In this document: in pieces, positions 61,101 through 64,000 of the stretch
How the letters are laid out: each line of letters opens with the position of its first letter
Numbering within the stretch: the stretch's first letter is position 1
Source: Selaginella moellendorffii
Taxonomy: Eukaryota; Plantae; Lycopodiophyta
Length of the DNA stretch: 64,000 nt
Direction: 5' to 3'
Assembly (NCBI RefSeq): GCF_000143415.4
Contig: NW_003314323.1
Coordinates: 810,499-874,498 of the forward strand
Translations under genes and position numbers: made by a program
The notes under the pieces: model-generated
Databases searched by the model: none
What the model saw: only the letters and a program-made list of their open reading frames with translations
Told to the model about the DNA's origin: nothing

Positions 61101-63199
61101 TTCCTGACAAGACACAAGATATAACTATGTACATAGAGATTGTTACACTATGCTAAATCACTAAAGCTTCTAGAATTGAATTAAAAATACCTATCTCAGG
61201 CTTCATTAATATTCACTAGAGTGATCCATATCAAACTGTGAGAGACAATTATAGAAAAGATTAAAAAAATAATTCTAAAATAATATTATAAACTAAAAGA
61301 AATTGTAACAAAAAAAAAATATTATTATTATTTTAGTATAAAAATAAAATATATACAACAGTTTATAAGCTCATTTAAAATTGAGTTGTCACTAATTATT
61401 TCTAATTAATCCTAGTGAGACAACTAAGATTTCTATTTTTAATAAAAAATTTAAATTATATTATGAATCATATCAATAGTGACTATAAACATTAACTACA
61501 ATAGAACTAAATCACAGTTTATAGTGATAAAATAATTATATAACTTTTTTTAATAAAAAGAGTTTACTTAAATTAGGAGAGCTAAAATGACTATCTATAT
61601 CTTGTCATGCCTTTTCAATATATTGTTTCTTCAAAAGTTAAGTTTATAGTTTTAAATTTTTTAATAATTTTTACCTCAATTTTATGTATTGTAGTACCTT
61701 TTGGGAAGATTTTAAAACACCAATATTAGATAAACTTACAAACAATATATAATTTAAATTTGCTCACATTAAATAGCTTTAAGTAAATTACTATATCGTT
61801 TTTCCAAAATTGAAATACTTCTAAATTTGGTATAAACTATTTTGAATACTAAATTGAGTATTATAATAATTATGTTTTACTATTTATTCTCAGAAATTTT
61901 AAATATCTTATAAATTTGGTTTTCATTATATTACAAAATCATTATTATTAAATAAAGAATAAATAGTTTAGTGCTTAACTAGGAGATGCATTATGAATAT
62001 AAATTTAATTCTTTATGCTCTATATTTTAATTTTAACATTCTAAAAAATCTGAAAGAAAATATTTCTTTATATTGTGTTTATATCAGTTTTGGACAAAAG
62101 GAATTTAATTTCTAGAATATAAAATAATAGAAAATTATAGAAAAATATTTAAATTATTTTGGAGTAATTTTTTAAAGCACATAGGCAAAATTATTAGTAA
62201 ATTTAGAAATGAATTTTCATTCGCCTTTTTTACTCTAAATAAAATAAATAAATATTTAATGGAATATGTATTTCTTTTAACTTATAAATAGATAATATAA
62301 TTTGGATGTAAAGTGCAACTCTTTGTTTCTTTTATTCATTTTTTTGTTTTTGGTTTAACTCAAACATATTTTATAGAGTTTTAATTTATTTGTAATATTT
62401 ATTTGAAATTTAAATTTTTTTAATTATAAATTAAGATTATTATAAAATATATAATTTAAATAGGGTATAATATGGCTTTATTCCTATATATTTTAAAGAG
62501 TTTATATATGGGCATATTAATTTAAATTTTATATTTATTAAGAATGATAATTTAATTTAATTATCTATATTTAATATAAAAAGAGCTTAATAGGTATTTC
62601 TGTACCTGAAGAATTTATTTCCTAACATATTAAGTTTAATAATATTTCTCATTAACCATTACAAATTAATATCCCGTAAAGCTTAAAACTAATTAAGTTT
62701 TTGAATGTTATGACCATATATTTTTAAACTTAGAAAATTTAATTATTAAAGTAAATTTTCGTTAATTAACAGTTTCTATTTTAAACAATATGGGTTACAG
62801 TTACAACTTTTAGAAAAACTTAAAAGCAATAGATATTTTTCTCTTTTTTAGTTTTTTTTACCTTCTCTAAAAAAATGAAAAGAGTAGATGGGAGGAAGGG
62901 TTTAGGGAATCTAAAGTATTGACTTAACGAGCATAGTCAGGTAGAAAGGGGCTCCTAAAGCTCCTTCATCATTGCCCAGTAAAAAATGCTTTATAGTTAA
63001 TGGTTAATATAAAAGAAAGTGATTATTGTTTCAACATTGTCAAATTCTTCCTTTTATATTTATCAATGATTCTTCATTTACTCTAGGTACAACACAATAA
63101 GAACATGTAAAGAAAAAAAAAAAATTTCACAAAATGGCCTCTTCAACAACTAAGTGTTGTGTTATGCCTAAAAATGCCCTTCAACACATGTCACTTAAA

Positions 63200-64000
63200 G
63201 AGCCGCTCACTACTTCCCAATGTTAAACATTTAAACCATACAGTATTATCCAGAGTCACAATTAATTTTAGAGATGACTCATAACACCAAGACAAATGCC
63301 TTGAACTCACTTACTTGCATCACCAGGCTCATTCATGCACATGCTTATTGCCATGGCACTAGATCTAGAGGGAGAAGATACCCAAGCCACAAAAGCTAGA
63401 GCTCCAAAAATAAATTGCCATCATGTAAATTGTGTTCTGCACATATCTTAGGGTGCATCACCCACATCTATTGCCATGGTGCCATTCAACTCTAAAACTC
63501 ATCAATCTCCCAAACCGAGTATAGTTCTTCCTAACAATTTACAACCTTGCATTGGTGAAATTGTGGTTTGTGCTCTTGTCATGCTTGTAAGGCTATGTCC
63601 TATACTACTCTTGAAAAAGCACTCATTACTGCCTAATGCTAAACATTTAAACCATAGTTGACCACCTTACAATTAGAGTGCCAAAAAAAATATCTTGCAT
63701 TGCTATGGCTCATTTGTGCTTGGGCACCTTGCATTGCTAGGCTCATTCATGGCTGCTTGCTGCCAAGCTCATTCATGGCCATGCCTACTTCCATGGCACT
63801 AGACTGCAATCCTGTATACCACTAAGCAATGAAGCCCTAGAGAAATCTCTAATCAGGACATAGTGAAAGTCTTTGAGATGCTCATTGCTTCCCTACCATG
63901 ATATCATGGAGAGCAAGAAAACACCTAGTCTACAAAGCTAAATTGCATCACTACACTCTCTCACCAACCCCAATTATGGTGCTGCTTACATACCATGAGC
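63200..64000. repeat. degenerate tandem repeat with ~420-540-bp units
   Basis: AAACATTTAAACCATA (~63225, ~63641), GGCTCATTCATG (~63326, ~63740) and CCATGGCACTAGA (~63351, ~63791) recur in the same order. Confidence 0.5.

Overview
Plant nuclear DNA. Very short (54-64 nt) GT-AG introns, a compact gene island and short PLS-type PPR remnants suggest a lycophyte such as Selaginella; this is an inference. One 100-N gap lies at 876-975. About 1-30 kb is a nest of transposons. It contains a disrupted three-intron Mutator-like transposase (GCM-like zinc finger, DDE core, C-terminal SWIM), a decayed full-length LTR element (TSD CCAAT) inserted in an older LTR, a MITE, and two copies of a ~650-bp TRIM. 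It also holds a decayed 26S rRNA 3' fragment joined to a LINE piece, a LINE pseudogene, a gag-protease remnant and a minisatellite carrying telomere motifs. Within this nest is one intact two-exon gene (16538-17431, minus) encoding a 279-aa PD-(D/E)xK-like protein that resembles a fungal family; it is the best candidate for novelty. About 32-45 kb is a gene island: a RAV-type B3 gene with a pseudogenised tandem paralog, Gemin2, a GT-2 trihelix transcription factor and RNA polymerase I subunit RPA12. 46064-58593 is a Ty3/gypsy element with short LTRs, a tRNA-Ala PBS, a 4-bp TSD and a GGGAAAC -1 frameshift site followed by a pseudoknot. A non-autonomous LTR element with minisatellite-bearing LTRs is nested inside it. 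The last ~5 kb is very AT-rich. All alignments were made by eye; no searches were run.
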